Origin: the human T2T-CHM13v2.0 reference genome, Homo sapiens
Direction: 5' to 3' (one strand)
Assembly: GCF_009914755.1 (NCBI RefSeq)
Contig: NC_060938.1
Length of the DNA: 64,000 nucleotides
Within the stretch, counting starts at the first letter, position 1. Every line of letters starts with the position of its first letter. Made by a program: the position numbers and the translations under genes. Positions 18,377-33,563 of the stretch are shown here, piece by piece. The notes below the pieces were generated by a model. That model ran no database searches. It was not told the origin of the DNA and worked only from the letters and a program-made list of their open reading frames with translations.

Positions 18377-18951
18377 TGAAGCTATATATTATTGTTAACT
18401 GCAGTCATCCGACAGTGCTATAGAACACTAGACTCTGTTCCTGTCTAGCTCTCTCCCCATTTTTCCCATCCTCCTACCCTTCCTAACCTCTAGTATCCTG
18501 TGTTTACTTTTGACTTCTGTGAGATCAACTTTTTTTAGCTTCCACATGTATTAGTGAGAACATGTGGTGTTTAACTTTCTGTTTTTGGCTTATCTCACTT
18601 AATATAGTGTCCTCCACTTCTATCCATGTTGCTGTGAACGACAGGATTTCATTCATTTTTATGGCTAAATAGTAGTCCATTTTGTATAGATACCACATTT
18701 TCTTCATCTGTTGTTGGACACCTAGATTGATTCCCTGTTTGGCTATTGTGAATAGTGCTACGGTAAATATGGGGTATAGATGTCTCTTTGATGTCATGAT
18801 TTCCTTTCCTTTGGATAAATTCCCAGTAGTGGGATTGCTGGATCATATGGTAGTTCTATTTGTAGCTTTTGAGGAAATTCCATACTGCTCTCCATAGTGG
18901 CTGTACTAGTTTACATTCCTACCAATAGTGTGTAAGAGTTGCCTTTTCTCA

Positions 18952-19534
<583 letters not shown>

Positions 19535-19681
19535 TGTATTTTTGATAATAGCCATTCTAACTGGGGTGAGATGATACCTCATTGTGGTTTTGTTTTGCAT
19601 TTCCTTGATGATTAGTGATACTGAGCATTTTTTATGTATTTGGCCATTTGTATGTCTTTTGAGAAATGTCTGTTCAGGTAA

Positions 19682-20009
<328 letters not shown>

Positions 20010-20779
20010 AATTTGCCCATTTTTTAATTGGATTTTTTTTTTTTGCTGTTGAGATGTGTGAGTTCCTTGTATATCAATCCCCTGTTGGATGAATAGTTCG
20101 CAAATACTTTCTCCCATTCTGTAGGTTGGCTTTTCATTCTATTGTTTCCTTTGTTTTGCTGAAGCTTTTTAGCTTGATATAATCCCATTCATTTATGTTT
20201 GCTTTTGTTGTCCGTGCTTTTCAGTTACTCATCAAATCTTTTCCCAGACCAATGTGATGAAGCATTTCCCCTATGTTTTGTAGTAGTTTTATCATTTGGG
20301 TCTTATATTTAGGTCTTTGATTCATTTTTAGTTCATTTTTGTATAGGATGAGAGGTGGAGGTCTAGTTTCTATTTTCACTCTTCTGCATATGGATATTTA
20401 ATTTTCACAGCACCATTTGTTGAAGAGACTGTCCTTTCCCCAATGAATGTTCTTGGCGCCTTTGTCAAAAATCAGTTGGCTGTAGATATGCAGGTTAATT
20501 CCTGGGTTTTCTATTCTTTTCCATTGGTCTGTGTATCTGTTTTTATAGACACATACCAGTTGTTTTATAGACCAGTACCATGTCGTTTTGCTTACTACAG
20601 CTTTGTAGTATATTTTAAGGTTTGGTAGTGTGATACCTCCAGCTCTGTTCTTCTTGCTCAGCATTGCTTTGGCTATTTGGGGTCTTTTGCAGTTTCATAC
20701 AAATTTTAGGATATTTTTTCTATTTCTGTGAACAATGTCATTGGTATTTTGATGGAGATTGCTCTTTTAATTATCTTGA

Positions 20780-21083
20780 TTTCTTTTTTTCCCCCCCAAG
20801 ACAGGGTCTCACTTCGTTATCTAGGCTGGAGTGCAGTGGCATGATACAGCTCAGTGCAGCCTTGACCTCCTGGACTTAGGTGATCCTCCCACCTCAGCCT
20901 CCTGAATAGCTGGGACTGCAGGCACATGCCACCACATCTGGCTAATTTTTTGTACTTTTTTTTGTAGAGACGGGGTTTTGCCATGTTGCCCAGGCTGGTC
21001 TCGAGCTCCTGAGCTCAAGCGGTCCACCCACCTCAGCCTCCCAAAGTGCTGGGATTACAGGCATACACCACTGCACCTGGCCT
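20780..21083 (-). mobile_element. AluJ
   Basis: Full reverse Alu with TSD ctctttt...tcttgat. Confidence 0.88.
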
Positions 21084-21187
21084 CTTTTCAATTTCTTGAT
21101 GGTGTTCTTTGATGTACAAAAGTTTTTAACTTTAAATGAAGTCCAGTTTATCTACTTTTTCTTTGGCTTATTGTGCTTTTGGTATCC

Positions 21188-21498
21188 TTTTCTTTTCTTT
21201 TCTTTCTTTTTCTGAGACAGAATCTCGCACTGTTGGCCAGGCTGTAGTGCAGTGGCACAATCGTGGCTCACTGTAGCCTCGACCTCTAGAGCTCAAGGGA
21301 GCCTACTGCCTTAGCCTCCTGAGTAGCTAGGGCTACAGGCGGTACCATTATGCCTGGTTAATTTTTTAAATTATTTTTTGTAGAGACAGAGTTTTACTAT
21401 GTTGCCCGGGCTGGTCTCAAACTGCTGGGCTCAAGCAGTTCTCCTGCTTCAGCCTCCTAAAGTGTTGGGATTACAGATGTGAGCCACTGTTCCTGGCT
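21188..21498 (-). mobile_element. AluJ
   Basis: Full reverse Alu. Confidence 0.88.
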
Positions 21499-21614
21499 TG
21501 GAGTCATTTCTAAGAAACCATTGCCTAATCCAAGGTCGTGAAGATTTACATCTTTCTTCTAAGAATTATATAGTTTTAGTTCTTTTCTGCTGTGATCATG
21601 TGTGTATGTGTTGG

Positions 21615-21790
21615 TTTTTTATTTTTATTTTTTTGAGACTGGGTCTTGCTGTATTGCCAGGCTGGAGTGCAGTGCTTATCCATAGCCATGATCATAGTGT
21701 ACTGCAGCCTTGAACACTTGGGCTCAAGTGATCTTTCTGCCTTAGCTTCCCAGGTAGTTAGGACTACAGTGCATACCACTGTGCCTGGCT
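21615..21790 (-). mobile_element. FAM-like Alu monomer
   Basis: Monomer with an extra segment, gcttatccatagccatgatc. Confidence 0.65.
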
Positions 21791-21901
21791 TATTGTGTGA
21801 TCTATTTTGAGTCAATTTTTGTGGTGTGAGATAGGGGTCCAGTTTCATTCTTTTACATGTGTATATTTACATTTTGTAGTTCATTTGTTGAAGGGACTAC
21901 T

Positions 21902-22254
21902 TGTATTAGTCTGTTCTCATACTGCTATAAAGAAATTCCCCAGACTGGGTAGTTTTTAAAGGAAAGAGGTTTAATTGATTCACAGTTCTACATGTCTGGG
22001 GAGGCCTCAGGAAACTTACAATCAAGGCAGACGGGGAAGCAGGCACGTCTTACATGGCAGCAGGCAAGAAGGAGCGTGTGTGAGTGCAGGAAAAACTACC
22101 ATTTATAAAACCATCAGATCTGGTGATAATTCACTCACTGTCATGAGAACAGCCTGGGGACACCACCACTATAATCCAATCACTTCCTTCCCTTGACACA
22201 TGGGGATTACAATTCGAGATGAGATTTGGGTGGACACAGAGCCAAACCGTATTA
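21902..22254 (-). mobile_element. THE1/MST-family solo LTR
   Basis: tgtattagtc...gccaaaccgtatta ends with TSD ctact/ctatt. Confidence 0.88.
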
Positions 22255-22365
22255 CTATTCTTTCTCCATTGAATGGTCTTGGTGCCCTTATCAAAAATGT
22301 ATTTTCCATAAAAAAACACCAATTGACCATAAATATAAGGGCTTATTTCTGGACTCTAAATTCTA

Positions 22366-22660
22366 TTTTTTTTTTTTTAAGAAACAGGGTCTCACTCTGT
22401 TGCCCAGGCAGGAGTGTAGTGATGCCATCTCAGTTCTCTTCAACCTCCGCCTCCTGGGCTCAGGTGATCCTCTCACCTCAGCCCCCCAAGTAGCTGGGAC
22501 TACGAGCACATGCCACCACCCTCGGCTAATTTTTGTATTTTTTGTAGAGATGGGGTTTTACCATGTTGGCCAGGCTGGTCTCGAACTCCTGAGCTCAAGC
22601 AGTCCACCCTCCTCAGCCTCCCAAAGTGCTACGATTACATGCATTAGCTACCATACACCG
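22366..22660 (-). mobile_element. AluJ
   Basis: Reverse Alu. Confidence 0.85.
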
Positions 22661-22689
22661 ATTGTACAGGCCACAGGCTAGCCCCACAC

Positions 22690-22897
22690 ACCAGATTTTG
22701 AAGATTAAGTGTGGTTTAAAAAAATGCAAAATATCCTGTTAATAATTTTTGATAATATTACATGTTGAAATGATAAAGTTTAATGTTGTGTTAAATAATA
22801 CACAGTAAATTTTACTGACTTCTTTTTACTCTTTAATTGTAGCTGCTAGGAGATTTAAAATTATTTTTGTGATTCTCGTATTTCTGTTGGACCAGAG
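22690..22897 (+). mobile_element. MER33-like hAT MITE fragment
   Basis: tacatgttgaaatgata...tttaaaatta...tatttctgttggac. Confidence 0.6.
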
Positions 22898-23079
22898 GTA
22901 TTTTTTAATAGCATGACATTCTGTTACATGGTTGATTATATAATGATCATATGATTGTGGCAGTTTCTTGATTCGATTCTCTGTTGTTGGACACTTAGGT
23001 TGTTTCCAGTCTTCTCTGTTTTCCACGGTGCTGTGATGACTGACACTGTGGATGGGTAGTCATGCACTCCTGTGCCCGC

Positions 23080-23660
23080 TGCCAGGAAAGAGCTCATAAG
23101 GAGGACCTGGGAAGCATTTGCTGCACTTCTGAATCTAGCGCATGCAGACTCGACCCTGTGGGTCGAGCTTTGGTGAGAAGTGGTTGGATTTGGAATGTAT
23201 CTTGAAGACGAAGCTGACTGTCTTTGCTGATGGATTGGATGTATGGCATGTGAGGAAGGGGGTCCTTTATGATCTAAGGAATTGGATGGTGCCATTTCCT
23301 GAGCCAGGCATTGCCAGAGGCAGATCAGAGAGGAACGGGTACCAAGGGCTCAGTGTTGGACCTGTTAGGTTTGAGATGCCTTTTTGATGCTCAAGTGGAG
23401 ATGTTGAGTTGGTTATTGGATATACAGGTCTGGGGGAATTACAGGGAAAGGGGTGCTGGAGATATATTTGAGAATTATGAAAAGCTGTTTGAGCATCAAG
23501 CAGGATGGGTGAGACTTGACCACTGGATTTTGCAACTTGAAGGTCTTTGGGGACTTGGACAAGACTGGTGTCAGGAGGCATGACAAGTGGAAGTTTTCAG
23601 GGGAGAATGGGATGTGTGTGTTAACAGCTTCTTGAAAGAGTTTTCTCTAAAGTAGAATGA
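23080..23660 (-). mobile_element. L2 fragment
   Basis: tttgctgatggattggatgt, ggatggtgccattt, tttgagatgcc...caagtggagatgttgag...ttggatataca. Confidence 0.75.
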
Positions 23661-24834
23661 TGGGGGAGTGGGGGTGCTGGGGACACATTAGCACTTACCG
23701 TGCTCTGGAAGGCAGGGTGTTCAGGAGGGAGGTTGACAGAGGAGGGCCTGGGATCCAGTGCCAGAGTAGAGGGTGGACCTTGCCCATGGGATCTGGAGGG
23801 AGGGCAGAGTAGACAGGCAGGCCTTCCTTTCAGCAGTGGGAGGAGGAGAAAATACCAGCTTGCCCCTTTCCAAAAGCTGAGAGTAAGGGTGACAAGGGGG
23901 AAAGAGGTATTATAGGTATGCTATGGAGTTAAAGGTAAAGTTTGCATGAATTTCGAATACAAAATGTAATACTTCATATCCATTGAGTTGCTTCAAAGTG
24001 CTTATCCTCAGGGTTCTCTCTCCTGTGCCTTTGGGGGTACTTTGGTGAAAAAGTTTGAGAAGCCACTTCATTATTGTAGTCTATTGTTACGTTGTTAAGT
24101 CTCACCCAAGTGAGTATTTAACCTTAAAGAGTTTGAGATTCACTTGCCTATTTTGTTATCCATAATAGAGCTTTTGCAGCTGCTCCAAATATCCCTCCAT
24201 TTGTGCATCTTAATAGTTGTTTGGCAATCACCTTATTCTGCACTGGGAAGGCTGGAGAGGGGTGGGGAGCTGCGGGGTGTCTGGAGGCAGTATGGCGAGC
24301 TCGAGATTCCCACCCTTTCAGAGATGAGGTGGTGGAGGCAGGCAGGGCCTACTAGGCTTCTGAAGCAACACTCGCCAGGGACATTTTAGTGACCTTTTCC
24401 CCGTGTTCTCAAAACACTTTACAAATACACCATTTGTCTTTAATTCTGGCAGGGTGGTTTGGGTGAGCTGGGGGTAGTGCTGTTAGCCAACCTTTTACAA
24501 TATTTAACAATCAGTAGAGATTAAAAGCTGTTTGACCTCTTTCCCATTGATCACATAGCCTTTTTCTTTTTGTACAATTTTAGTATGATTAACCCTCCCA
24601 CCCCCATTAAAGTTCTTCAGCCTTCTTAGTAGAAAGCTCTGTGAAGTTTGATTCACCCACGGAAGTTACTTCATGGAGTGGAAGCATTTGAGAAATCAGA
24701 TCTTGGCTTTCTTCTTGTGGACAGATCAGGTGGCTGAGGCCTGGAGGGAGCTTGATTTGAGATGAGTAGTTTGTATGCCTGACTAAGTCAAGTAGCCACT
24801 TACTTCCCTTCACACTTAATCAAATCCTAACTCT

Positions 24835-25356
24835 CTAACTGAAACTTTGTACCATTTGACCAGTACCTCTCCTTTCCCCATTCCCCCGCTCCCAGCCTCC
24901 GTAACCACTGTTCTACTCTACGCTTCTTCACCTTCTACTTTCTTAGATTCCACATATAAATAAGACCATGTGGTATCCGTCACATATTTCACTTAGCATA
25001 ATGCCCTCCAGGCTCTTCTGTGGCCATGGATGATAATCATGTATTGTATATTTCAAAATTGCTAAAGAGTAGATCTTAAATGTTTTCATCACAAGAAAAG
25101 GAACTTGGTGAGGTGATGGATAGATTAACTAGTTTGATTTAATCATTTCACAATGTATACATAGATCAAAACATCCCATTGTATCTTATAAATAAATACA
25201 ATTTTTTTTGTCAATTAAATTTTTTAAAAATTACAAGAGGCTGAGGTGAGGTTACAGTGAGCTGTGATCATGCCACTGCACTCCAGCCTGGGTGACGGAG
25301 CAAGACTCTGTCTCTAAAAAAAAAAAAAGTGAAGTTAAAAATTAATTAATTTAAAA
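24835..25356 (+). mobile_element. 5'-inverted L1MA-type 3' end with an Alu fragment (~25238-25328) in its tail
   Basis: Antisense 3'UTR segment followed by the sense terminal segment. TSD aaatcc(t/c)aactct at 24822-24834 / 25357-25369. Confidence 0.75.
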
Positions 25357-25904
25357 AAATCCCAACTCTTCCATCACCCCAGCCCTGCATCCTTCTCCCT
25401 TCCCCCAAGACCCCCTCCCCTGCCACTATGCTCTGATTCCTAGAGCGGTGTGTCCCTGTCCTGCCACTCTTGCTGTGCCTGTGGCTGTCCCTGTTCCTTG
25501 GGTAGCTTCCCTGTTACTCCTCAGGGGCTTCCCTGGCCACCCTCTGCTCGGGCCCTTCCTGAGTGTTACATCAGCACCTTTCTTGCCCGCACCCACCACC
25601 AGCCACAGCTTGTGTTTGCCGTGTGAGCCGGAGCACTTGTTTGTCACCTCACGGTCTTCCCCTCCATGAGGGCAGGCACGGCAGTCTTGCTTTCATTCTT
25701 GCTTTCATGCAGTCTACCCAGCTGTGGGCGAGATGTGTGCACATCGCTCAGCATGTTTGTAGAATGAACACATGTATAAACTAGACTTGAATGGAGATTA
25801 TTGTTCTCTCCTGGCCATTAAAGGTGCTTCTTCCTGCTGCTCATTTACATCTCAGGTGTTACCATCTCTGGCCAGTGCCTGCCCTGTTGTTGTCATCTAA
25901 CAGT

Positions 25905-26211
25905 CATGGGACCACACCTTTGTGACTCTCAGGGCCAGAGGTGTTTGGGAATGTGGAATTTTTGAGATTTTTAGAACAGAAATAGTGAAAGTACCGTATA
26001 GTATAGGACATCCTAGGCAGCACCATATAATCAAGCACATTAAGATTTTTGCAGCAAAAAGTATATGAATATTCACACTAAGTGGGACAGTGAGACTATG
26101 AATAGCTTCACATCAGATCAGGGCATACCGCCAAGTGAGTTATGAACATGCTTTCAGTTTTCAGAGAGCTTTTTGGATTTTCAAATTGCAGAGAAGGGAT
26201 TATGGACCTGT
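25905..26211 (+). mobile_element. MER46C MITE
   Basis: ggccagaggtgttt...gcttttt ggattttcaaattgcagagaagggattatggacctgt. Confidence 0.75.
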
Positions 26212-26833
26212 CTTAGTGAGCATCTGCTTGTCACGCATTATGCAGCGTGCTGAAATACAAAGGAAGAAAACATCACGCCTGCCCTCCCGTGTAGGGGGTG
26301 GGTGGTCACCACATGCGGGTGGTGAGCCCATGCTGGGAGGGCACTCCCGGCAGGTCCTGTTGTTCTCCCTGTCATCTCCCCCTTTCCTTTGCGAGCGTCC
26401 TCTACAGGTGCGGTTTCAGGTGAGCCACATGGGGGGCTGGCAGAAGGGGCACTGCATTGTGACGCAGGGTCAAATGTGTCCCTCTCAGAGTGTAGGAGGT
26501 AACCGTTCTGGATCGCCTGGATCCTGCCCTTGGGTCTGGCTGCCCGGGTCCAAGGAGGAAAGGGCCGACTCCAGGTGATGCTGCAGACCAGGAGCGCTGC
26601 CCTCACTTCCTAACCTTCTGCACTTGGGTGCCGGGGCCCCCTCTCTGCAGTCACACACTCTGCCCTCTTAGCTGGGCCTAGAGCTTTAAACATTAACTGG
26701 ATTCAACATACGTTTTTCTGACTTTTTAAATATAATGAGTATAGTTTTATTTTAATGTTTTTCAGATGCATTTTGATGTAGGTAGGTACCTTTACATTTT
26801 AAAAATTTATTTGCTTTCTGAAATGGGACCAGC

Positions 26834-26878
<45 letters not shown>

Positions 26879-27176
26879 TTTTTTTTGACAGGTTCTTGCT
26901 CTGTCACCCAGGCCAGAGCACAGTGGTGCAATCACAGCGCACTGCAGTGCAGCCTCAATCTCCTGGGCTCAAGCGATCCCCCACCTCAGCCTCTTGAGTA
27001 GCTGGGGTTATAGGCACCCACCACCACACTTGGCTAAGTTTTAAAAAATTTTTTTATAGAGACAGGGTCTCACTATGTTGACTAGGCTGGTCTTGAACTC
27101 CTGGGTTCAAGCAGATCCTCCTGGCTCAGCCTCCCAAAGTGCTGAGATTACAGGCATGAACCACCACACCCTCCTG
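26834..27176 (-). mobile_element. AluJ with an (AT)n-Tn tail microsatellite
   Basis: Reverse Alu. Confidence 0.88.
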
Positions 27177-28002
27177 GTACCTGCATTTTGAAAATGTTTC
27201 ATTGCCAAGCCTGCAGGGAAGTCTGCCCTTTTTTTATTAGAAAATGAAGAGCTAATTCTGAAATATGCCTACTAAATATGCATATCTCAAGCACTTTAAA
27301 AGGATGTAGGGTGAAATAGTCTGTTCCTGAAGCAAATATCACTGTGTGTTCATTCCATTATTTCCGTAGCTTTTCTGTGGCTTTTGATAAGTTGTGTAGA
27401 ATGTATTAAGTCTCATCTGAAAATGTATATTAAAGATTGTTCTTTTAATTTAAAATGATTTGTCCAAGGTACTTGACTTAATGATTCAAGATTTAATGAG
27501 CCGTGACACTTTTAGTAACACCGTCTCAATCTTTCAGATTTTATAAAAGATATTAAAGTTTTCAGAAAGTTGAGAATGGTCTTTTGTAATGTATTTTAAG
27601 ATAGTTAAGAATAGAGTTTATATAATTAAGATTAGGATTTGTATTGCAAAAACTCCCTTCAAGACGCATTTTGGGCCTTTATGAGCGAGTAATCATGACA
27701 GGACAGAGTGGCTTCACCCACAGTTTTGTGGTTAATATTTGCAAGTCGTTTATTTAACAAGGTTGAAAAGAGGCTTCCTGGTGTCTTTTATAATTATCCT
27801 TTTCTGGGGACCAACTTATAAAGTAAAAAATACCTGGTGGCATTATCTTTGCTTCAGATGTATTATGTTTATGGAATTGGAAATGTTTGATTTCTTAGTG
27901 TGTGTGTATCAGTGGATTATGTAGTTTAAAATGTTTGCATCTGTATTGCATGCATAAACATGTCCGTTTCCAAGTGTGGCCTTTAAATACTCAGGGTTTT
28001 GT

Positions 28003-28456
<454 letters not shown>

Positions 28457-28888
28457 TTATTCACCGTGAAGCACAATGGGAAGGCTCCATTAGCACTTTA
28501 GATGGTATCATAACTTTGGAAAAACCATTTCACCATGCGAGTATTTACAAAAACTGAAGCTGTCCCTGTCAGGTTTTGACAGAGCTTAGCTATATAGGTA
28601 GTAAGTGACGCAGTGCCAAAACCAGTCTTAAATTACCTATGTTGTCAATATGCAGATTTTCTCTATTTAGTATTTAAGCTATGAATTTACCAATCTGAGT
28701 AACTTGAAATGCAGTATCATAAAAAGAATCAGATCTACCAAACTGAAAATGTGTGCGTATCTAAAGTAGTTTCTTTTCTTGATTTTGGTTAAGTTAACAG
28801 GAGTATCTTCACATCTGTAATTTCTGGTAACTTAATGAGAACACACTGAACTTTTGGGTCACAATAAATTTTCCCATTATGTAAAATA

Positions 28889-28955
28889 TTTTACACACCG
28901 GTTGACTCATTGTGAATTGTGAGTCGACATGATTCTCTTCCTGCGGAAAACAGAA
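28889..28955. repeat. Copy A of a local ~65-nt duplicated element of unknown function
   Basis: Aligns to 31158-31222 with about 6 substitutions and 2 single-base indels. Confidence 0.9.
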
Positions 28956-28964
28956 ACACATGCT

Positions 28965-29261
<297 letters not shown>

Positions 29262-29964
29262 GAAACACATGTTATTGTAATGATGATTTGAGCCAATTAC
29301 AGGATTGTGCTTATGTTACCACATTGACTAGGTGCTTTCTGTGAGTTGGGTTGTTGAAGAGTTTGAGGTAGACAGATGGCAGTGGGTGGGAATGAGCGGG
29401 GAGCTTTTGTTAGGTTTAGGGAATGTGGTCTTTCCACCATCATTTAGTTGTTTATTTTATGCATAGGCTTATTTTCGTTCTTGTGAGCATTATGTTGAGT
29501 TAATGTGTTTTCTTTGACCTCAAACCTTCTGAAATGTTTCCGGGTCTTAAAGATTCAGGTATTATTTATTTCATAGTAGACAGAATCAAGTAAATGAATA
29601 CTTTCTTGGGGGAGAGTGTTGATAAGTTCCATAGCGACACCTCTCCCTCATGATTAAAAGTGCTACATTTGCACAAATATGTGACTTATATTTTATATTA
29701 AAATTAAGATCAACTTTTTTCTTGAGAAGTTGTTGAACTTTTAGATTTGGGAGAGGGGGAGTTCTCACAGGAATTATGAATTGTTTTGACTAGTGAGAAG
29801 CTTATTTAACATTTTTGGAAGGAGTACCCCAAAAGTAATGCATCTTTTGGCATAGTGGAAACTTGCAGTAACGTTTTCTTGTTGTTTTTTAATTGATTGG
29901 GTGACCTGCATCTCATTAAGTGGTGTCTATTGGATGTTTGGCCTTTGGCTTGATTGTGTCCGCT

Positions 29965-30367
29965 TTTAAAAAATAACTTTATTGAAATCGTCACATTCCA
30001 TACAATTACCTATTTAAAGTGTCCATGTCTGTGGTTTTTAGTATATTCACAGAGTTGTGCAGCCATTGCCTACTTTGGACATTCTATGGAAATGCGGTTG
30101 ACAGGATGTGTTTTCTGTGTGCAGCCTCAGCCTCTGTCACTAAGCACCATATTTTCATTCATATTGTGCATGTATGCATCGGTTGTTCCTTGTTAATGTC
30201 GAATATTATTCCATTGTGTGGATGTTCCACATTTTATGTATTTGTTAGTCCATTGATAGACGTTTGGGTTGTTTCTACTTTTTGGCTGTTGTGTGATAGC
30301 GCTGCTGTGAACATTCATGTACAGGTTTTTGTGTGGACATGTCATTTCTCTTGGGAATATACCTAGG
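29965..30367 (-). mobile_element. L1M 3' fragment
   Basis: ttagtatattcacagagttgtgc, gctgtgaacattcatgtacaggtttttgtgtggaca. Confidence 0.75.
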
Positions 30368-31157
30368 TTGTTTGTATCTGCTTTTGCTGCTTCTTTTACC
30401 TACAGTTCAGATTCCCATTTATGTTTGTACAGACAGTTTGCTACTTGTGACTGGGGCTTGTTTGACCTTTGTTGCTGACCTAGCGACTTCTTGTGTCATG
30501 TTTAAAGCCCCTGAGACCCTCTGTTGCCTAGAGAAACAGGCAGAATTGCAGTCTCTTTCCTTCCTAAGACCAGATCACATCTGGTGGTCATGAAATGGTC
30601 TTATCCTGTATAGATTTTTGGTAAATAAGTATGTATCTAAGCCAAATAAATTTTGTGTGTATTTTATATTATTTTTCTTCTCTCTGCTTCCTCTTGGGGA
30701 CATCCTTTGTTCTGTGGCCCCAGTGGCACCTAGAGTGAATATGAATGATTTGTCTATGTTTTCCCTTCAGGCGGAATGCCGATTACTTGGATTTTTTCTT
30801 GTTAATTTTGGTGACTGAGTTGCCTGTTTTTGAAGTGAAAAATACCTGCAGATAGTAGGGTTGCCCTTTAGCATTTTAAGTGTCTAAATGAGACCTATTG
30901 GGATGTTTCCATAGTTTGCATCAAATTCATGTAAATGCGCGTTAATGATGTTAGCTAGTCTGCCTGAGCTAAATTACTAATTTCATTACTACTATTTAAT
31001 AAAGGGGCAGGATTTGCCATGGTCATTCTAGTTAATGGTAAGAGCCCTGTAGGTCTCTCATCATATATCTAAGCTGAATTAAGGTTGAAAATATTACTGA
31101 GTGCCTTGTGGCTCTATTTGGTAACAGTCATGCCTTACATTTTGAGACAGCTAATCC

Positions 31158-31222
31158 TTTTACACACCAGGTGACTCATGTGAATTGTGAGTAGACACGA
31201 TTCTCTTCCTGCAGAAAGAGAA
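31158..31222. repeat. Copy B of the local ~65-nt duplicated element
   Basis: See copy A. Confidence 0.9.
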
Positions 31223-33563
31223 TGCATTCAGTCAGTTGAAAATCAACATCATGTGGTTTGTAGGATAGGTCTTACTCCTTTCTTAGACAAGGAATCTGGG
31301 ATCCAGAAGGAGTGAGCGGTTGGTTAGGAGGAGTCAGTGCCAGAGGGAGGCAGCATGCCCTTTCTGCTCTGCCCACGCTGTGAGGACACCGGGCCGTGCC
31401 TTCGCCAGGAGGAGGTCATGCCAAGTCCAAAGCGTCAGGCCGCTCAGAGCCAAGCAGCTTTGCTGGAGCACCCACTGGTGCACTTGGAAAGTGATTTCTC
31501 CTGTTAAAGCCTCGCTGCCACCTCAACTGTAAACTGGAGACAGTAGGAAGCCACCTTCACAGGCCTGCGGGGACCTGGCACCCGTGCACCAAACCTTGCT
31601 GCCCTTAATCAGATGGTCGAATTGAGAGGCAGTTGGAAGGGTCCTGTGGTGTGCTCCTTCTGGGACCTTCTGCCACCCCTTGGAGGCAGGTTGCGCCCCT
31701 GCCCGTCTCTTCCCACCAGTGGACACTCCCTTCAGCCCTGGGCCAGCTGTGGGGCCCTCCTCTGTAGGCGCTGGCTGTTCCAGGAGGCACAAGAGTGTTG
31801 GTGTGGGACCTTCCCACTGCTCGAGATCCCCCACGGAGAGCCCACTCAGGCTACGCTTGGGCTTCTGGCCGTGTGGGTCAGCGTCACAGGACGGACAGAT
31901 CAATGGGGGAAGAGTCATCCTGCAGCGCTGCCACCACTGGAGGCTGGTGAGAGTGGCGCTGCCACAGAGAACAAGCCTTGATCCCTGACTTGAAAGTCAG
32001 AGTTCTTCTGGAACTTCTGTGGGGAGTGCCCAGAGTGGCACCTAAATACGTCTAGAAGCGCTTGATGAAAGTTCCTCTGAGGCTTTTAAACTGCTTGAGT
32101 GAGTCTCTCTGAAGCACGGTGATGGCAAAAGGAAACCACCTCACGCTACCTCTTTGTGCCTTCTCTTCTCTCCTCATCTCCTGTAGGCCGTAGGTGTTCC
32201 CTGTCAGGAATTTACGCGGAGGCATGTCTGCTGTGGCCAAATGTGTTCATTCATTCATATCTCACAGTAAGAGGGAAGGATGGGGGAGGAAGACTGCTGT
32301 ATTTCCTTAAAAGTTTTTCTGTAACTCGAATCCCTCCCACCCCCGTGAGGTAACAACGTCTTTTCCAGTTGGTGTCAGTGAACTCTGTTTTGGGTATCTA
32401 CAAAAGCAGAAGGGGAGGTTAGGATGTGGCTGGAGGAGGCTGGTTCCTGGGTGTAAATCCTGGCTCTTCTGCTTGAACTGACTGTGCCTCAGCATCCTCG
32501 TCTGTCTGGTGGAGCCGCCTCACAGAGGAACAAGTGAGTTGTGCGTGTGGAGCAGGTGGCTGACATGTGGTGAGTCCTCCAGGAATGTGGCAGCAGAAGG
32601 AACACGTTGAGCACCGCAGATACCACCCTGACCGCCACTGCAGGGCTTCTGTGCGGGGGCAGCTGCAGAGCCGCCGCTTCAGGACAGCATGGGAGCTGCT
32701 GGAGGTCGGGGGAGCTCAGGGAAAGGGCCTTGCTGCCAGGGGTGGGAAGGGAGTCAGTGAAGACGTCCTGGAGGAGAAGATTCCAGAGCCTGAGATGTGA
32801 AGTAGGTTAGGTAGCCAGAGACAAGGCAAAGAAGGGCCATTTTCATCAGAGAACAGCATAACATTGGCAGAGGTCTGACATGTCATTTCCTGTTACTAGA
32901 ATTGGGGAGTGACCAGTAGATTCTTTAATTTGTTTATTCATTCGTGCAGTCCTTCACCTCACACCTGTTCAGGGTCCGGCTGGGCTCTGGACATAGGGTG
33001 GAAGAAAACCATCTGAGCAGAGGCCGCGTGGACTGTCACCTCTGTCAGGGGTGCCAGGGCTGCCAAAGGACAGCTGTTACTTATGGGTGGCGGCGTGGTG
33101 AGGTCGCACAACACAGAGCTGCCCTGCTGTGTCCATGCCCTGGTGCCTCCCCGTGGTCACCATGTGCCTTGGGCAAATGGAGGCCTCAGGTCCCAGACAT
33201 AGGCTCTGTCAGTGGTGGTGGCGGTGGCTGTACCTGCTCCGGGCTGCTGTGAGGGAGGGACGGGCTCCGGCCACAGGCGTGCAAGGTCCCCTTGCAGAGG
33301 ACCTCCCGCACCTGCTGAGGAATGTGTACAGCCATCTGGAGGGTGTTCTCCCCCTGGCCCTCCCTGTAGTCCAGCTGAGTCCACGTCCTTCAGCCCCTTT
33401 TCAATGTTCCTTTCTCACAGAACCTTGTCCTGGAGGTGCACTCGGGCCCGGGTTCTTCCTCCTGTGCGGTGCCAAGCCCTCCTCCACCACGCATGATGGT
33501 GTGTTTTCCATGACTCTTCCTCCTAGAGCACCGGTGCCCGCCCTGACGGCGGTTCCCCACAGT

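Noticed and set aside
31300-33560. GC-richer region with many overlapping short ORFs
   Set aside because: Expected from base composition. No homology recognised, and it is not CpG-island-like.
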